Positions 9,717-21,181 of a stretch of 32,000 bases of DNA are shown piece after piece; positions within the stretch are counted from its first letter, which is position 1, and each line of letters starts with the position of its first letter. The notes under the pieces are model-generated. The model saw only the letters and a list, made by a program, of their open reading frames with translations. It did no database searches and had not been told where the DNA came from. The stretch comes from Pasteurella multocida. GTDB taxonomy: Bacteria > Pseudomonadota > Gammaproteobacteria > Enterobacterales > Pasteurellaceae. The position numbers were made by a program, and so were the translations under genes. The DNA lies in assembly GCF_900187275.1 (NCBI RefSeq), contig NZ_LT906458.1, positions 750,001-782,000 of the forward strand, in the 5' to 3' direction.

Positions 9717-10311
9717 ATTTACTGCGCTCCCCACCCCAACGCTGAAACAAATCCTGTGCTAATTGAATTTCGAATTGATCGCATAAGCGGTTGACACTTT
9801 GATCCACAATGTCTTGCACTGTTTTCGGGTGATGATAAAACGCCGGCATCAATGGCGTGATTTGTGCGCCAATTTCAGCGGCTTGAGTCATTAAACGAAG
9901 ATGCCCTAAATGTAATGGCGTTTCACGTACACATAACACCAAGGGTTTACGTTCTTTTAAACACACATCAGCGGCACGTGTGATCAAATCATCGGTATAA
10001 CTATGCGCAATGCCTGATAAGGTTTTGATGGAACAAGGCAGGATAATCATACCTAAGGTGCGGTAAGAGCCAGACGAAATTGCTGCACCAATATCACGCA
10101 CATCATAATTTACATCCGCCAATGCCTTGACCGCTTGAATGCTGTAATCCGTTTCTGCTGCAATGGTTTGTTTAGCGGCATTGCTGATAATTAAATGGGT
10201 TTCAATGTGATCAAGCGGTTTAAGCACTTCCAATAAGCGAATCGCATAAATCGCACCTGATGCACCAGAAATACCAATAATGAGGCGTTTTTTGTCGTTT
10301 TTCATAGGCAA
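9715..10311 (-). CDS. ubiX: Flavin prenyltransferase UbiX
   Basis: RLIIGISGASGAIYAIRLLEVL...SGSYRTLGMIILPCSIKTLSGIAHSYTDDLITRAADVCLKERKPLVLCVRETPLHLGHLRLM. Confidence 0.95.
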   Translation of the reverse strand: MPMKNDKKRLIIGISGASGAIYAIRLLEVLKPLDHIETHLIISNAAKQTIAAETDYSIQAVKALADVNYDVRDIGAAISSGSYRTLGMIILPCSIKTLSGIAHSYTDDLITRAADVCLKERKPLVLCVRETPLHLGHLRLMTQAAEIGAQITPLMPAFYHHPKTVQDIVDQSVNRLCDQFEIQLAQDLFQRWGGERSK

Positions 10312-10412
10312 ATGATAAGAAAATGATGTGTGGCTATTCTAGCACAAATGATACGTTATCCAGAATGTGTTCCTCACAATTTGAGTGAAAGAAAAACAGA
10401 AAATGGAAAAAT

Positions 10413-10450
10413 AAAAATGGAGAGTCAAATTAATTCAACTCTCCATTTTT
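10413..10450 (-). terminator. Terminator between purF and ubiX
   Basis: AAAAATGGAGAGT ... ACTCTCCATTTTT (13 bp perfect arms), about 25 nt beyond the purF stop. Confidence 0.75.
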
Positions 10451-10474
10451 GTTATCAATTGTTATTGTTCGTGC

Positions 10475-11989
10475 TTATTTTTCATTGTGCATTTCAAGAT
10501 TGGTAGCATCTTTTTCACGCTTTTTCTTGGCGATATCATTACGCTGTTCTGCAATATTATCCAGATATTCAGGTGTAATATCGCCCGTCACATAAACCCC
10601 TGTAAACACCGAACAATCAAAGTCTTGAATACTTGGATTTTCTTGTTGCACAGAACCAGTTAACGCATCCAAATCTTGGAAAATCAATTTATCCACACCA
10701 ATTAAGTTAGCAATTTCATCTACATCACGACCATAAGCGATCAATTCATTTTTGGTTGGCATATCAATACCATACACATTTGGATAACGAATTTCTGGTG
10801 CAGCAGAGGCAAAATAAATTTTCTTCGCACCTGCCGCTCTCGCCATTTCGACAATTTGTTCAGACGTGGTACCACGTACAATCGAGTCGTCAACTAATAA
10901 CACATTCTTATCTTTAAATTCTGAAGCAATGGTATTGAGTTTACGTCTAACAGAACTGACTCGCAATGCCTGCCCCGGCATAATAAACGTACGTCCTACA
11001 TAGCGATTTTTCACAAAACCTTGACGATACGGTTTATTTAACACGCGCGCAATACGTAAAGCAATATCGTTAGAGGTTTCAGGCACAGGAATGACCACAT
11101 CAATATCATCCACATCCGCCCATTCCCGTGCAATTTTTTCACCTAAACGTTGTCCCATATGAACACGGGCAGCATAAACAGAAACCCCATCGATGCAAGA
11201 GTCTGGACGTGCAAAATAGACGTATTCAAAAATACAAGGTGTTAATGTTGGTTTGTCTGCGCATTGCTGAGCATACATTTCCCCTTCAAACGTGACATAA
11301 ATCGCTTCGCCGGGTTGTACATCTCGTACAAACTCAAAACCCACTGTATCTAATGCGATACTTTCGGAGGCAAACATATACTCTGTTTTGCCATTTTCCT
11401 CGCGTTTCCCTAACACTAACGGACGGATACCGTTCGGATCACGAAACGCGACCATACCATGACCAATAATCATGGCGATACAAGCATAAGCACCACGAAT
11501 ATCCTGATGCGTTTGTTTGACAGCACTGAATACATCTTGCGGATCTAATTGGTATTTTTCGAAGTGATCAAGGTGATTGGCTAAGATATTGAGTAATAAT
11601 TCAGAATCTGAATTGGTATTTACATGGCGACGTGCGAGACGAAATAACTTTTCTTTTAATTCACTTGAATTGGTCAAGTTACCATTATGCACTAAGGTTA
11701 AGCCATAAGGCGAATTTACATAAAAAGGTTGCGCTTCAGAGACACTTGAGCTCCCAGCCGTAGGATAACGAACATGTCCAATGCCAGCATTGCCTTGTAA
11801 ACGTAACATATGAACTTGTTCAAATACATCGCTGACTAACCCGTTCGCTTTACGCAAGCGGAATCGGTTTTCATCATCTACGGTTACAATCCCGGCGGCG
11901 TCTTGCCCGCGGTGTTGCAATAAGGTTAACGCATCATAAATTGATTGGTTAACGGGGCTTTGGCTAACAATACCAACAATACCACACAT
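10475..11989 (-). CDS. purF: Amidophosphoribosyltransferase
   Basis: [36 protein letters not shown] ... [49 protein letters not shown]. Confidence 0.98.
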   Translation of the reverse strand: MCGIVGIVSQSPVNQSIYDALTLLQHRGQDAAGIVTVDDENRFRLRKANGLVSDVFEQVHMLRLQGNAGIGHVRYPTAGSSSVSEAQPFYVNSPYGLTLVHNGNLTNSSELKEKLFRLARRHVNTNSDSELLLNILANHLDHFEKYQLDPQDVFSAVKQTHQDIRGAYACIAMIIGHGMVAFRDPNGIRPLVLGKREENGKTEYMFASESIALDTVGFEFVRDVQPGEAIYVTFEGEMYAQQCADKPTLTPCIFEYVYFARPDSCIDGVSVYAARVHMGQRLGEKIAREWADVDDIDVVIPVPETSNDIALRIARVLNKPYRQGFVKNRYVGRTFIMPGQALRVSSVRRKLNTIASEFKDKNVLLVDDSIVRGTTSEQIVEMARAAGAKKIYFASAAPEIRYPNVYGIDMPTKNELIAYGRDVDEIANLIGVDKLIFQDLDALTGSVQQENPSIQDFDCSVFTGVYVTGDITPEYLDNIAEQRNDIAKKKREKDATNLEMHNEK

Positions 11990-12002
11990 TCGTGTTTATC
12001 CT

Positions 12003-12494
12003 CTATTTATTTAATGTTGAATTTATAAAACTGGATGTTGCTTGTAACTGTTGAAAAAACCACTCAACAATAAAGCCGAAATGTGGAATGAGTTTTGATT
12101 CTTTCCACCAAACAGTTTGGCTAAAATTCGTAAAGGTATCCATAAAGAATAACAATGCTGCCACAATCAATACGCCTCGAATAAGTCCAAAACAGGCACC
12201 TAGTACGCGATCAGTCCCAGTTAACCCTGTCTTATCCACTAACTCACCCAAAATATGATTCACAATCCCACCCACAATTAATGTAGCAACAAACAAGATC
12301 GCAATTGCCGTGCCATTGCGCAAGTAAAGGGATTCGATTTGGGTTAAATAATTAGCGAGATAAGGATAAAAATGATTAGCCACAAAAAAAGCAACGACCC
12401 AGCTTGCGACTGACATCACTTCTCGAATAAATCCACGTAATAGACTGATAATAATCGAAAATGCAATGATGGCGATGATAATATAATCAATCAT
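12003..12494 (-). CDS. cvpA: CvpA-family membrane protein
   Basis: 163 aa with MIDYIIIAIIAFSIIISLLRGFIREVMSVASWVVAFFVA; directly upstream of purF. Confidence 0.93.
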   Translation of the reverse strand: MIDYIIIAIIAFSIIISLLRGFIREVMSVASWVVAFFVANHFYPYLANYLTQIESLYLRNGTAIAILFVATLIVGGIVNHILGELVDKTGLTGTDRVLGACFGLIRGVLIVAALLFFMDTFTNFSQTVWWKESKLIPHFGFIVEWFFQQLQATSSFINSTLNK

Positions 12495-12547
12495 TGGAAT
12501 ATCTCTAAAAAAACACTCGAATTTCCGCCCGCGCTATTTTACAAAAA

Positions 12548-12563
12548 AAGAAAACGTTTGCGT
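12548..12563 (-). promoter_or_regulatory. PurR operator (PUR box) upstream of cvpA-purF
   Basis: The minus strand reads ACGCAAACGTTTTCTT, matching the E. coli PUR-box consensus as I know it, about 54 nt upstream of cvpA. Confidence 0.88.
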
Positions 12564-12649
12564 AGTGAAAAATTCAAGAAAAGTTGAATAAATATGAAAA
12601 AAGAAAAGTCTTTATCACACAAGCAAGAAAAGCGCCATTCATAGCGGAT

Positions 12650-13108
12650 TTATAATTCTTGCCAAAAAGCTTTATCTAATTTTCGCTGTGCTTTTTTCAG
12701 GACATCAGCTAAATTTTGATAATTCGGCTGCTCTGTTAAGATAGGTAAAGTTTCGTTTACTTGCTTTAAGCGCTCACAAATTTCATAAAACCAGACCGCA
12801 CTTTGTGGGGATAAGGGCGTGATAGAACGTTTACCTAACCAATACAAACCTTGCAACGGAATTAACAGCGCAACAATCGCGCTAAATACAGCAATGGCTA
12901 ATGCACTGATATCGGATTTGGCGTAAACTTGTTGCCAAGTGATGGCAAAAACAGCTAAAAAAGGCATAAACTTTTGCGCGAAAAGCGTTGCTTTAATCAC
13001 GCGGTTTTCGGGAAAAATCATACCTAGCTTACTTTCCAATGGCCAACTTTTTAAATAATGCTGACCTTTTTTTAAAAAAATAAAAAAATACATTTTGCTA
13101 TTGTACAC
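12650..13108 (-). CDS. yfbV: UPF0208 (DUF412) inner-membrane protein YfbV
   Basis: [44 protein letters not shown]...[24 protein letters not shown] aligns with E. coli YfbV; divergent from ackA. Confidence 0.9.
   Translation of the reverse strand: MYNSKMYFFIFLKKGQHYLKSWPLESKLGMIFPENRVIKATLFAQKFMPFLAVFAITWQQVYAKSDISALAIAVFSAIVALLIPLQGLYWLGKRSITPLSPQSAVWFYEICERLKQVNETLPILTEQPNYQNLADVLKKAQRKLDKAFWQEL
12795..12803 (-). other. DNA uptake signal core (ACCGCACTT on +), inside yfbV
   Basis: Exact 9-mer, reverse orientation. Confidence 0.85.
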
Positions 13109-13379
13109 AACCTCTTAAATACGATAACGAAATAAAGATAGCATATTCAGGTTAAATATTCAGCTTATTTTAAACTAGCTCTTTGCCTATTTTTTGTATT
13201 TTGTTAAAAATGTTTAAAGTTTAATAATTTTTTTGATAAATGTCGCATTTTTAGTAGGTTGTGAATTTATTTTATTGTACGAAAGGTGTATCCTATGCCT
13301 ATCAGATTTTCATCTGCCTATTTGTTCAACATTTGAGCAAATAACTTTTTTTAACTTAAAATCAAATAATAGGTCTCTT

Positions 13380-14585
13380 ATGTCTCAAAAATTAGTCCTA
13401 ATCTTAAACTGTGGTAGTTCTTCATTAAAATTCTCTATTTTGGACCCGCAAACTGGTGAAGAAAAATTGTCTGGTTTAGCCGAAGCATTTCATTTAGATG
13501 ATGCGCGTATTAAATGGAAACTCCATGGTGAAAAAGGTAACGCTGATTTAGGTGCAGGTGCTGCACATAGTGAAGCACTTAACTTTATTGTAAATAGTAT
13601 TTTCCCATTAGATCCATCTTTAAAAGAAGACATTGTTGCGATCGGTCACCGTATCGTTCATGGCGGTGAAAAATTCACGTCTTCTGTTGTCATTACGGAT
13701 GAAGTGGTTCAAGGCATTAAAGACGCTGTTCAATTCGCCCCATTACACAACCCAGCACATTTAATCGGTATTGAAGAAGCCTTCAAAATGTTCCCTCATT
13801 TAAAAGATAAAAATGTGGCTGTCTTTGATACCGCTTTCCATCAAACCATGCCTGAGGAAGCTTATTTATATGCGCTACCTTATTCTTTATATAGAGAACA
13901 TGGTGTACGTCGTTATGGCGCACATGGTACAAGTCATTTCTTTGTTAGCCAGCAAGCCGCTGAACGTTTAAATGTTCCGGCAGAACAAGTAAATGTCATT
14001 ACCTGTCATTTAGGTAATGGTGCCTCTATCGCAGCAGTACGTCATGGACAATGTATTGACACCTCTATGGGCTTAACGCCATTAGAAGGTTTAGTCATGG
14101 GAACACGTTCTGGTGATATTGATCCAGCAATCGTCTTTTATTTACACGACAACCTTGGTTTATCTGTTGAAGAGATCAATACATTATTAACCAAAAAATC
14201 AGGCTTACTCGGTTTAACCGAAGTCACAAGCGACTGTCGTTATGCAGAAGATAACTATGACAAAGAAGCGCCAGCAAAACGTGCATTAGACGTATTTAGC
14301 TATCGTTTAGCAAAATATATTGGTTCTTACATGGCGGTTATCGGTGAACGTTTAGATGCTATCGTCTTCACGGGTGGTATTGGTGAAAACTCATCTTTAG
14401 TACGCGAGTTAACCTTAAACCATTTAAAACTGTTCGGTTATCAAGTGGATTCAGATAAAAACAAAGCGGCTCGCTTTGGTCATGAAGGGGTGATTACAGC
14501 AGACAATACGCCTGTTGCCATGGTGATCCCAACGAATGAAGAACTTGTTATTGCACAAGATACCGCGCGCCTTTGCATCGCGTAA
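13380..14585 (+). CDS. ackA: Acetate kinase
   Basis: [23 protein letters not shown] ... [40 protein letters not shown]. The 49 aa N-terminal extension in the ORF track is unsupported. Confidence 0.98.
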   Translation: MSQKLVLILNCGSSSLKFSILDPQTGEEKLSGLAEAFHLDDARIKWKLHGEKGNADLGAGAAHSEALNFIVNSIFPLDPSLKEDIVAIGHRIVHGGEKFTSSVVITDEVVQGIKDAVQFAPLHNPAHLIGIEEAFKMFPHLKDKNVAVFDTAFHQTMPEEAYLYALPYSLYREHGVRRYGAHGTSHFFVSQQAAERLNVPAEQVNVITCHLGNGASIAAVRHGQCIDTSMGLTPLEGLVMGTRSGDIDPAIVFYLHDNLGLSVEEINTLLTKKSGLLGLTEVTSDCRYAEDNYDKEAPAKRALDVFSYRLAKYIGSYMAVIGERLDAIVFTGGIGENSSLVRELTLNHLKLFGYQVDSDKNKAARFGHEGVITADNTPVAMVIPTNEELVIAQDTARLCIA

Positions 14586-14594
14586 AGATCAATT

Positions 14595-14622
14595 AACTGC
14601 CGATTCATCGGCAGTTTCTTTT
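14595..14622 (+). terminator. Terminator-like hairpin between ackA and pta
   Basis: AACTGCCGAT-TC-ATCGGCAGTT followed by TCTTTTTGT. Confidence 0.7.
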
Positions 14623-14653
14623 TGTATAAATTATCAACAAATTAGGGTTTATT

Positions 14654-16792
14654 ATGTCACGTACAATTATCCTTATCCCGATTAGTGCTGGTGTAGGCTT
14701 AACCAGTGTCAGCTTAGGTTTAACACATGCACTGGAGCAAAAAGGGGCGAAAGTCGGCTTTATGAAACCAATTTCTCAGCCGAACTCAGGTGAAGATATG
14801 ATTGATCGCACAACATCAATTATTCGCACCAGTACCACCATTGAAACCAGTGAACCATTTATGTTAAGTGTAGCTGAATCACTCATCGGTCAAAATCAAT
14901 CTGATGTGGTACTAGAAAAAATTGTTGAAAATCATCAACAACTCGCCAAAAACAATGAAATTGTCGTGGTGGAAGGTTTAATCCCTACGCGTAAGCATTC
15001 TTATGCCAATAGCATTAACTATGAAATTGCTCAAGCACTTGATGCGGAAATCATTCTTGTTGCAGCACCGGCGACGGAAACACCGGCAGAACTCAAAGAA
15101 CGCATCAAAGCCGCAGCCTCATTATTTGGCAGCAAAAATAACCCTAATTTACTTGGTGTTGTGATCAATAAATTTAATGCGCCGATTGATGAATCTGGTC
15201 GTACTCGCCCTGACTTGGCAGAAATTTTTGATTCTTTCCAACACACACAAAATCAAGTATCTGAGATTTATCATTTATTTGAGAAAAGCCCAATTAAAAT
15301 CTTGGCATGTATTCCTTGGAGCGCAGAATTAATTGCGACTCGTGCCATTGATTTAGCCAAACATTTAGGTGCTGCCATTATTCATGAAGGCGCGATCAAT
15401 GAACGTCGCATTCGTGGCATCACTTTCTGTGCACGTAATTTGACCAATATGGTGGAACATTTCCGCGTTGGAAGTTTACTTGTCACTTCCGCGGATCGTC
15501 CTGATGTGATCGTCGCAGCGGCATTATCTGCCATGAATGGCGTTGAAATTGCTGGTGTTTTATTAACCGGTGGTTACAAAATTGATGCACAAATCAAGAA
15601 ACTCTGTCAACACGCGATCGAAAGTACAGGTTTACCAGTCTTCCGTGTCGAAGGCAACACTTGGCAAACTGCACTGGCACTACAAAGTTTTAACCTCGAA
15701 GTGCCTGTTGATGATAAAGAACGTATCGAAAAAATTAAACATTATATTAGCGACCTACTCGACAGCAATTTTATCGATTCATTAGCGGCAGCTTCTTCTC
15801 GTTTACGTCGTTTATCGCCGCCTGCTTTCCGTTTCCAATTAACCGAATTAGCACGTCAAGCGCAAAAACGCATTGTATTGCCTGAAGGGGATGAACCACG
15901 TACAGTAAAAGCTGCTGCCTTATGTGCAGAGCGTGGTATCGCTGAATGTGTGTTATTAGCTACACCAGAATCCGTCATGCGCGTTGCCGAAGCACAAGGC
16001 ATACAATTAGGCAAAGGGATTACGATTATTGATCCTGCTACAGTGCGTGAAAACTATGTTGCACGTTTAGTGGAATTGCGTAAAAACAAAGGCATGACCG
16101 AAGATTCTGCACGTGAACAATTAGAAGACAATGTGGTACTTGGTACGATGATGTTAGAAGCGAACGAAGTAGATGGTTTAGTCTCTGGTGCCGTACATAC
16201 GACAGCCAATACTATTCGTCCGCCGATGCAAATCATCAAAACTGCACCGGGTAATTCGATTGTGTCTTCAATCTTCTTCATGTTATTACCTGATCAAGTC
16301 TTGGTTTATGGTGACTGCGCAGTCAACCCAGATCCAACAGCAGAACAATTAGCAGAAATCGCGATTCAATCCGCAGACTCAGCCAAAGCCTTTGGTATTG
16401 ATCCAAAAGTGGCGATGATCTCTTACTCAACTGGTACTTCTGGTAGTGGTGCAGATGTAGAGAAAGTGAAAGAAGCCACTCGTCTGGCACAAGAAAAACG
16501 TCCAGATTTAATCATCGACGGTCCATTACAATATGATGCAGCAGTGATGGAAGATGTGGCGCGTTCTAAAGCACCAAATTCACCAGTAGCAGGTAAAGCG
16601 ACGGTCTTTATTTTCCCTGATTTGAATACCGGTAATACCACTTATAAAGCGGTACAACGCTCTGCTGACCTTGTGTCTATTGGACCGATGTTACAAGGGA
16701 TGCGTAAACCAGTGAATGATTTATCACGTGGTGCGTTAGTGGACGATATCGTGTACACAATTGCCTTAACTGCAATTCAAGCAACACAATAA
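14654..16792 (+). CDS. pta: Phosphate acetyltransferase, long form with N-terminal P-loop/DRTGG region
   Basis: 712 aa. N-terminus [23 protein letters not shown]; C-terminal PTA catalytic domain [16 protein letters not shown]...[15 protein letters not shown]...[36 protein letters not shown]. Confidence 0.97.
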   Translation: MSRTIILIPISAGVGLTSVSLGLTHALEQKGAKVGFMKPISQPNSGEDMIDRTTSIIRTSTTIETSEPFMLSVAESLIGQNQSDVVLEKIVENHQQLAKNNEIVVVEGLIPTRKHSYANSINYEIAQALDAEIILVAAPATETPAELKERIKAAASLFGSKNNPNLLGVVINKFNAPIDESGRTRPDLAEIFDSFQHTQNQVSEIYHLFEKSPIKILACIPWSAELIATRAIDLAKHLGAAIIHEGAINERRIRGITFCARNLTNMVEHFRVGSLLVTSADRPDVIVAAALSAMNGVEIAGVLLTGGYKIDAQIKKLCQHAIESTGLPVFRVEGNTWQTALALQSFNLEVPVDDKERIEKIKHYISDLLDSNFIDSLAAASSRLRRLSPPAFRFQLTELARQAQKRIVLPEGDEPRTVKAAALCAERGIAECVLLATPESVMRVAEAQGIQLGKGITIIDPATVRENYVARLVELRKNKGMTEDSAREQLEDNVVLGTMMLEANEVDGLVSGAVHTTANTIRPPMQIIKTAPGNSIVSSIFFMLLPDQVLVYGDCAVNPDPTAEQLAEIAIQSADSAKAFGIDPKVAMISYSTGTSGSGADVEKVKEATRLAQEKRPDLIIDGPLQYDAAVMEDVARSKAPNSPVAGKATVFIFPDLNTGNTTYKAVQRSADLVSIGPMLQGMRKPVNDLSRGALVDDIVYTIALTAIQATQ

Positions 16793-16817
16793 TCCTCACA
16801 CAACAATTCACAAAAAA

Positions 16818-16826
16818 ACCGCACTT
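16818..16826 (-). other. DNA uptake signal core, first arm of the pta/rnd terminator
   Basis: ACCGCACTT. Confidence 0.9.
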
Positions 16827-16835
16827 TATTCACTT

Positions 16836-16844
16836 AAGTGCGGT
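16836..16844 (+). other. DNA uptake signal core, second arm of the pta/rnd terminator
   Basis: AAGTGCGGT. Confidence 0.9.
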
Positions 16845-16865
16845 TTTATTTTGTCTTCTATCTAG

Positions 16866-18017
16866 CTATCCATTTGCGAGTGTATTTAACAATACTAAGC
16901 CAAATTCACGTCGCCAACCGACCAATAGCTCTGGTAACTGAGTTGGATCTTGATTGTCTAACCAACACCATTTCATTAAGTTTTCTAAACCACGCTTACT
17001 GGCAATCACTTCTGCAGCTAAATCAGGAGGCGCAATGCTTTTCAGCTTTTGTTGTAAGCCTTTGAGTGCTTTTTTATAACGTGGATCATCCGCAATACGT
17101 ACGATCGGCATCGGATAATCCACATCATCAAAGCGTTTAAGTTGTCCTATCAAATGCAATATTTTTTTGCCATGAATGCGCACTTCATGATGACTTAATC
17201 CTAACGCGAGCAATTCTGACGTATGTTTTGGATTATGTTTAGCCACTTGCCATAAGTGCTCTGCCCTTACTACAAAATTTAAGGCTAAATCCCGTTTCAT
17301 CGCTTCCTCTTGACGCCATTTCGCCAACAGTTTTAAACGCATTAATTCACTCGGTGTTAAGCGCCATGCATTAGGAATGCCCAAATACGCAAGCTCCGGA
17401 TCTTTATGTTGTTCACGCTTTAACAACAACGCTTCACAATCTTGTTGCGCTGCCTCTTGCCATCGTGTTTGTGCTAATGCCTCCTGCATGCGTTGATAAA
17501 GCGGTAATAAGTACCACACGTCAGCTGCGGCATAAATTAACTGGTTGTCCGATAAAGGACGGGCTAACCAATCCGTGCGCGAGGCACCTTTATCAATTTC
17601 AAGTTGAAAATAATGCTGAACTAACGTCGCTAGACCAGTAGAATTTGGAAAACCTAGAAAGTTTGCCATGACTTGTGTATCTAGCATCGGCGTAGGAAGC
17701 TGGTTAAAACTATGTTGGAACACCTCTAAATCTTCACTACACGCATGAAGCACTTTCAACACAGCCGTATTCGCCAGTAACGCAATAAATGGTGAAAAAT
17801 CTTGAATGGTAGTAGGATCAATTAAACTGACTCGTTCCCCATCATAGAGTTGAATAAGCCCTAATTGTGGATAGAGTGTTTTGATACGAACAAATTCGGT
17901 ATCGAGTGCAATTACGGCTTTTTGTTGGGCAGAATAACAAATTTCTGCCAGCGCCAAATCAGAAGTAATGACTTGAAAGTGCGGTTTATTTTTTATTTCT
18001 TTTTGTTGACTGTTCAT
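16866..18017 (-). CDS. rnd: Ribonuclease D
   Basis: DEDD exonuclease motifs VIALDTEFVR, HACSEDLEVF and YAAADVWYLLPLYQRM, plus an HRDC-like C-terminus. The start is assigned to MNSQQKE at 18017. Confidence 0.93.
   Translation of the reverse strand: MNSQQKEIKNKPHFQVITSDLALAEICYSAQQKAVIALDTEFVRIKTLYPQLGLIQLYDGERVSLIDPTTIQDFSPFIALLANTAVLKVLHACSEDLEVFQHSFNQLPTPMLDTQVMANFLGFPNSTGLATLVQHYFQLEIDKGASRTDWLARPLSDNQLIYAAADVWYLLPLYQRMQEALAQTRWQEAAQQDCEALLLKREQHKDPELAYLGIPNAWRLTPSELMRLKLLAKWRQEEAMKRDLALNFVVRAEHLWQVAKHNPKHTSELLALGLSHHEVRIHGKKILHLIGQLKRFDDVDYPMPIVRIADDPRYKKALKGLQQKLKSIAPPDLAAEVIASKRGLENLMKWCWLDNQDPTQLPELLVGWRREFGLVLLNTLANG
17977..17985 (+). other. DNA uptake signal core AAGTGCGGT (inside rnd)
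   Basis: Exact 9-mer. Confidence 0.85.
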
Positions 18018-18030
18018 CTTAATACGACAA

Positions 18031-18055
18031 ATTAGGGGCAAATGTCGCCCCTAAT
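18031..18055 (-). terminator. Hairpin downstream of fadD, between fadD and rnd
   Basis: ATTAGGGGC-AAATGTC-GCCCCTAAT perfect inverted repeat; the T tract is weak. Confidence 0.5.
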
Positions 18056-18071
18056 AAAATGAAATGAATAC

Positions 18072-19760
18072 TTATTCAGCTGGACGTTTTGCCAGCTCCT
18101 CATCACGTAAAACACGGCGTAAAATTTTTCCCACATTACTTTTCGGCAATTCCTCACGAAATTCAATTTCTTTTGGAATTTTATAGCCGGTTAAATGGAC
18201 ACGACAGTGTTTACGTAATTCATCACGGGTCAGGCTTTCGTCTTTTTTCACGACAAAAATCTTAATCGTTTCACCTGATACTTCATTTGGCACACCAATG
18301 GCGACCACTTCAGCGACTTTGTCATTTAACATGACCACATCTTCGATCTCATTTGGATAGACATTAAACCCTGACACTAAGATCATATCTTTTTTACGAT
18401 CGACTATCCGTAAATAATGATCTTTATCCATGATAACCACATCACCTGTTGCCATCCAACCATCCATCAGGACCTCTGCCGTAGCCTCTGGACGTTGCCA
18501 ATAGCCTTGCATGACTTGCTCACCTTTAACCCAAAGCTCGCCCGGTTCACCCAATTCGGCTTCGTGACCATCTTCTTTGATAATACGCACATCGGTATTA
18601 GGTACCGGCACACCAATGCTTCCATTATGTTTCACCATATTAATTGGACAAGCTGCAATCAATGGGGAACATTCGGTCATGCCATAACCCTCGATAATAT
18701 TACAGCCAGTGGTGTCATGCCAGCGTGTTGCTACCGATTGTTGAATCGACATCCCACCGCCTACGGTAAGTTTTAAAGCAGTAAAATCCACCTCTTTAAA
18801 ATTCTCATTATTTAACAAAGCATTGAATAAAGTATTGACGCCTGTAATAGCAACAAAGCGGTGTTTTTTCAGCTCTTTTACAAAGCCCTCAATGTCACGT
18901 GGATTGGTAATTAATACCCCTGTAATCCCCAGTTCAACAAACAGTAAACAGTTTACAGTTAAGGCAAACACATGATAAAGCGGTAAAGCAATGATGGCTT
19001 TACGCTCTTTTGTACGATCACCGACAAACGGTTCGGCAATCCAGTTGGCTTGGAATAAATTGACAATGATATTGCCGTGTGACAACATCGCCCCTTTTGC
19101 GACACCGGTTGTCCCACCAGTATATTGTAAAAAGGCTAAATCTTTACGCTCCATTTGTGGGCGAACATATTGACGATATTTTCCAATACTCAACACTTCA
19201 CGAAAAGTCACTGCATTCGGTAATTTATATTTAGGCACCAATTTTTTGATGTATTTCACTACAAAATTGACTAATGTGCGTTTCCCAAAGGAAAGTTGAT
19301 CGCCCATACGAGTTAAAATCACATGTTTGACATCCGTATTAAACACCACTTTTTCGAGCGTAGATGCGAAATTGGAAACCACAACAATCGCCGTAGCGCC
19401 ACTGTCTTTTAATTGGTGTTCTAATTCACGTGGGGTATAAAGCGGATTGACATTCACTACCACCATACCTGCGCGTAAAATACCGAAGAGCGCAATCGGA
19501 TATTGCAATAGATTTGGCATCATCAACGCGACACGATCACCACGTTTAAGCTTTAATTCATTTTGTAAATACGCGGCGAAAGCCCGACTACGTTCTTCTA
19601 ATTTTCGAAAGGTTAAAATTTGCCCCATATTGACATAAGCTGCACGGTCAGGATGTGTCTGTACAGCATTATCGAACATATCCAACAAGGAATCGTATTT
19701 TGATGTATCTAATTCTCGTGGTAAGTGTTCAGGGTAATTTTTAAACCAAGGTTTTTCCAT
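18072..19760 (-). CDS. fadD: Long-chain fatty-acid--CoA ligase
   Basis: 562 aa adenylate-forming enzyme with [75 protein letters not shown] and [20 protein letters not shown]. Confidence 0.92.
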   Translation of the reverse strand: MEKPWFKNYPEHLPRELDTSKYDSLLDMFDNAVQTHPDRAAYVNMGQILTFRKLEERSRAFAAYLQNELKLKRGDRVALMMPNLLQYPIALFGILRAGMVVVNVNPLYTPRELEHQLKDSGATAIVVVSNFASTLEKVVFNTDVKHVILTRMGDQLSFGKRTLVNFVVKYIKKLVPKYKLPNAVTFREVLSIGKYRQYVRPQMERKDLAFLQYTGGTTGVAKGAMLSHGNIIVNLFQANWIAEPFVGDRTKERKAIIALPLYHVFALTVNCLLFVELGITGVLITNPRDIEGFVKELKKHRFVAITGVNTLFNALLNNENFKEVDFTALKLTVGGGMSIQQSVATRWHDTTGCNIIEGYGMTECSPLIAACPINMVKHNGSIGVPVPNTDVRIIKEDGHEAELGEPGELWVKGEQVMQGYWQRPEATAEVLMDGWMATGDVVIMDKDHYLRIVDRKKDMILVSGFNVYPNEIEDVVMLNDKVAEVVAIGVPNEVSGETIKIFVVKKDESLTRDELRKHCRVHLTGYKIPKEIEFREELPKSNVGKILRRVLRDEELAKRPAE

Positions 19761-19881
19761 GTGTTATCCTTATTTTTTTAACAAAATTTAGCCAAAATTA
19801 TAACGTAATCATTACCATTAGGCTAATAACAAATTCATCAATTCCGTTGTCTGTCCAGCAAGAAATGGCTTAACTCATGAC

Positions 19882-20421
19882 TTATTGCAACACATAGCGT
19901 AAGCGTGGTTCAGGACGCCAAAATGGTCCCCACCCCATACGGCGACTTTCGCGCCAATCGGCAAGATCCTCTGGCTCATAATAATAGTCTGGCACGAGTT
20001 GCCATAATTTATAATGTGTGACCTGAATAACGGGATAATGATAATCGACCTGATCAATTTTGCCAGTTTCTGGTTTTTTCAAAGTTCCTTTCACTGTAAT
20101 GAACTGCTCTTTTAAGCGTTCTGGATCAATAAATCCCTCTAGATAGGCAATAAAACGTCCATTGGTTTCTGCTGATAAACTCGGTTTAGCCGACAGGGAA
20201 ATCAGCGGTAAACTCAAAATTTCTAACTTCATTTGCCCCTGTAATGCGGTGGCAGATAAGATTTTCCCACCCAAACGTGCTTGTTTACATTGGCAAGCAT
20301 AATCTTCTACCACTAATTTATCGAGAGAGAGCAAACTAACGCCCTCACGCTCAAGCCCTTTTGGAGCAGTAATACACCCCGTTAAAAACAATGTGATCAA
20401 AAGTGCGGTCAGTTTTCTCAT
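19882..20421 (-). CDS. slp: Slp-family outer-membrane lipoprotein
   Basis: MRKLTALLITLFLTGC lipobox signal, then ITAPKGLEREGVSLLSLDKLVVEDYACQCKQARLGGKILSATALQGQMKLEILSLPL. The start was shortened to place the lipobox at the N-terminus. Confidence 0.82.
   Translation of the reverse strand: MRKLTALLITLFLTGCITAPKGLEREGVSLLSLDKLVVEDYACQCKQARLGGKILSATALQGQMKLEILSLPLISLSAKPSLSAETNGRFIAYLEGFIDPERLKEQFITVKGTLKKPETGKIDQVDYHYPVIQVTHYKLWQLVPDYYYEPEDLADWRESRRMGWGPFWRPEPRLRYVLQ
20401..20409 (+). other. DNA uptake signal core AAGTGCGGT (inside the signal-peptide coding part of slp)
   Basis: Exact 9-mer. Confidence 0.85.
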
Positions 20422-20456
20422 ACTTTCCTCCTTAAACAGGTTGGAAAACGGTAGAT

Positions 20457-21176
20457 TTATTCGCGTCCTGGGAGTTTCTTCCACGTGACTTCATTACGTA
20501 AATAAACAGGTTCAATCGCTAACGCATTAATAGTTTGCTGTTGTTGCCATTTGAGTAATGCGGGTGCAAGCATATATTGAGCAGAAGGAAGCAGAATGTC
20601 TGTTGTTTGCCCTGCGAATAACGTGGCAAGCTGAGGATACGCTGACCAGCCCGTCCCCACCGTCGTCCAATCTCCAGTTAACCCAGCAAGTTCAGTTATC
20701 AAACATTCAGGGTTCACCACCTTTTCTTGCCCAATAACTTGCCAATCAATCAACGTGTCTGTCCCCACTTGCTTCGCTTGTGCGATCAATTGTGAAAAAT
20801 AGACTTCATTCATCCGTGCATCAATGGCAGCTAGCACGTGTTCAGCGCCGACTTGTTCATAAGCTGCTTGTGCCATCATGGTGAGATTCGAGATAGGAAT
20901 CACCGGTAAATCCGCTCCTAACGCTAAGCCTTGAGCAATGCCGGCACCCACTCGCACGCCAGTAAAACTGCCGGGGCCCCGTCCAAAAGCCAGCGCATCC
21001 ACTTGCTTTAATGAAAGACCTGACTGGCATAAAATTTCATCGATCATCGGTAAAATACGTTGTGTATGAGTACGTTGTGCCAGTTCATCTAAATAGGTTC
21101 TTTCACCTTTATACAGTAACGCTACAGAACAAGCTTCTGTCGAGGTATCTAAAGCTAATAAAGTTAAATTATGCAT
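20457..21176 (-). CDS. tsaB: tRNA threonylcarbamoyladenosine biosynthesis protein TsaB
   Basis: LLALDTSTEACSVALLYKGE...HTQRILPMIDEILCQSGLSLKQVDALAFGRGPGSFTGVRVGAGIAQGLA. Confidence 0.95.
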   Translation of the reverse strand: MHNLTLLALDTSTEACSVALLYKGERTYLDELAQRTHTQRILPMIDEILCQSGLSLKQVDALAFGRGPGSFTGVRVGAGIAQGLALGADLPVIPISNLTMMAQAAYEQVGAEHVLAAIDARMNEVYFSQLIAQAKQVGTDTLIDWQVIGQEKVVNPECLITELAGLTGDWTTVGTGWSAYPQLATLFAGQTTDILLPSAQYMLAPALLKWQQQQTINALAIEPVYLRNEVTWKKLPGRE

Positions 21177-21181
21177 TCTTG

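Larger units (their letters stand above)
16814..16848. terminator. Bidirectional terminator made of two inverted DNA uptake signal cores, between convergent pta and rnd
   Basis: AAAACCGCACTT...AAGTGCGGTTTT; each arm contains the 9-mer uptake core. Confidence 0.85.

Noticed and set aside
13233-13379. 49 aa N-terminal extension of acetate kinase
   Set aside because: The conserved protein begins [18 protein letters not shown] at 13380; the upstream part is intergenic promoter sequence read in frame.
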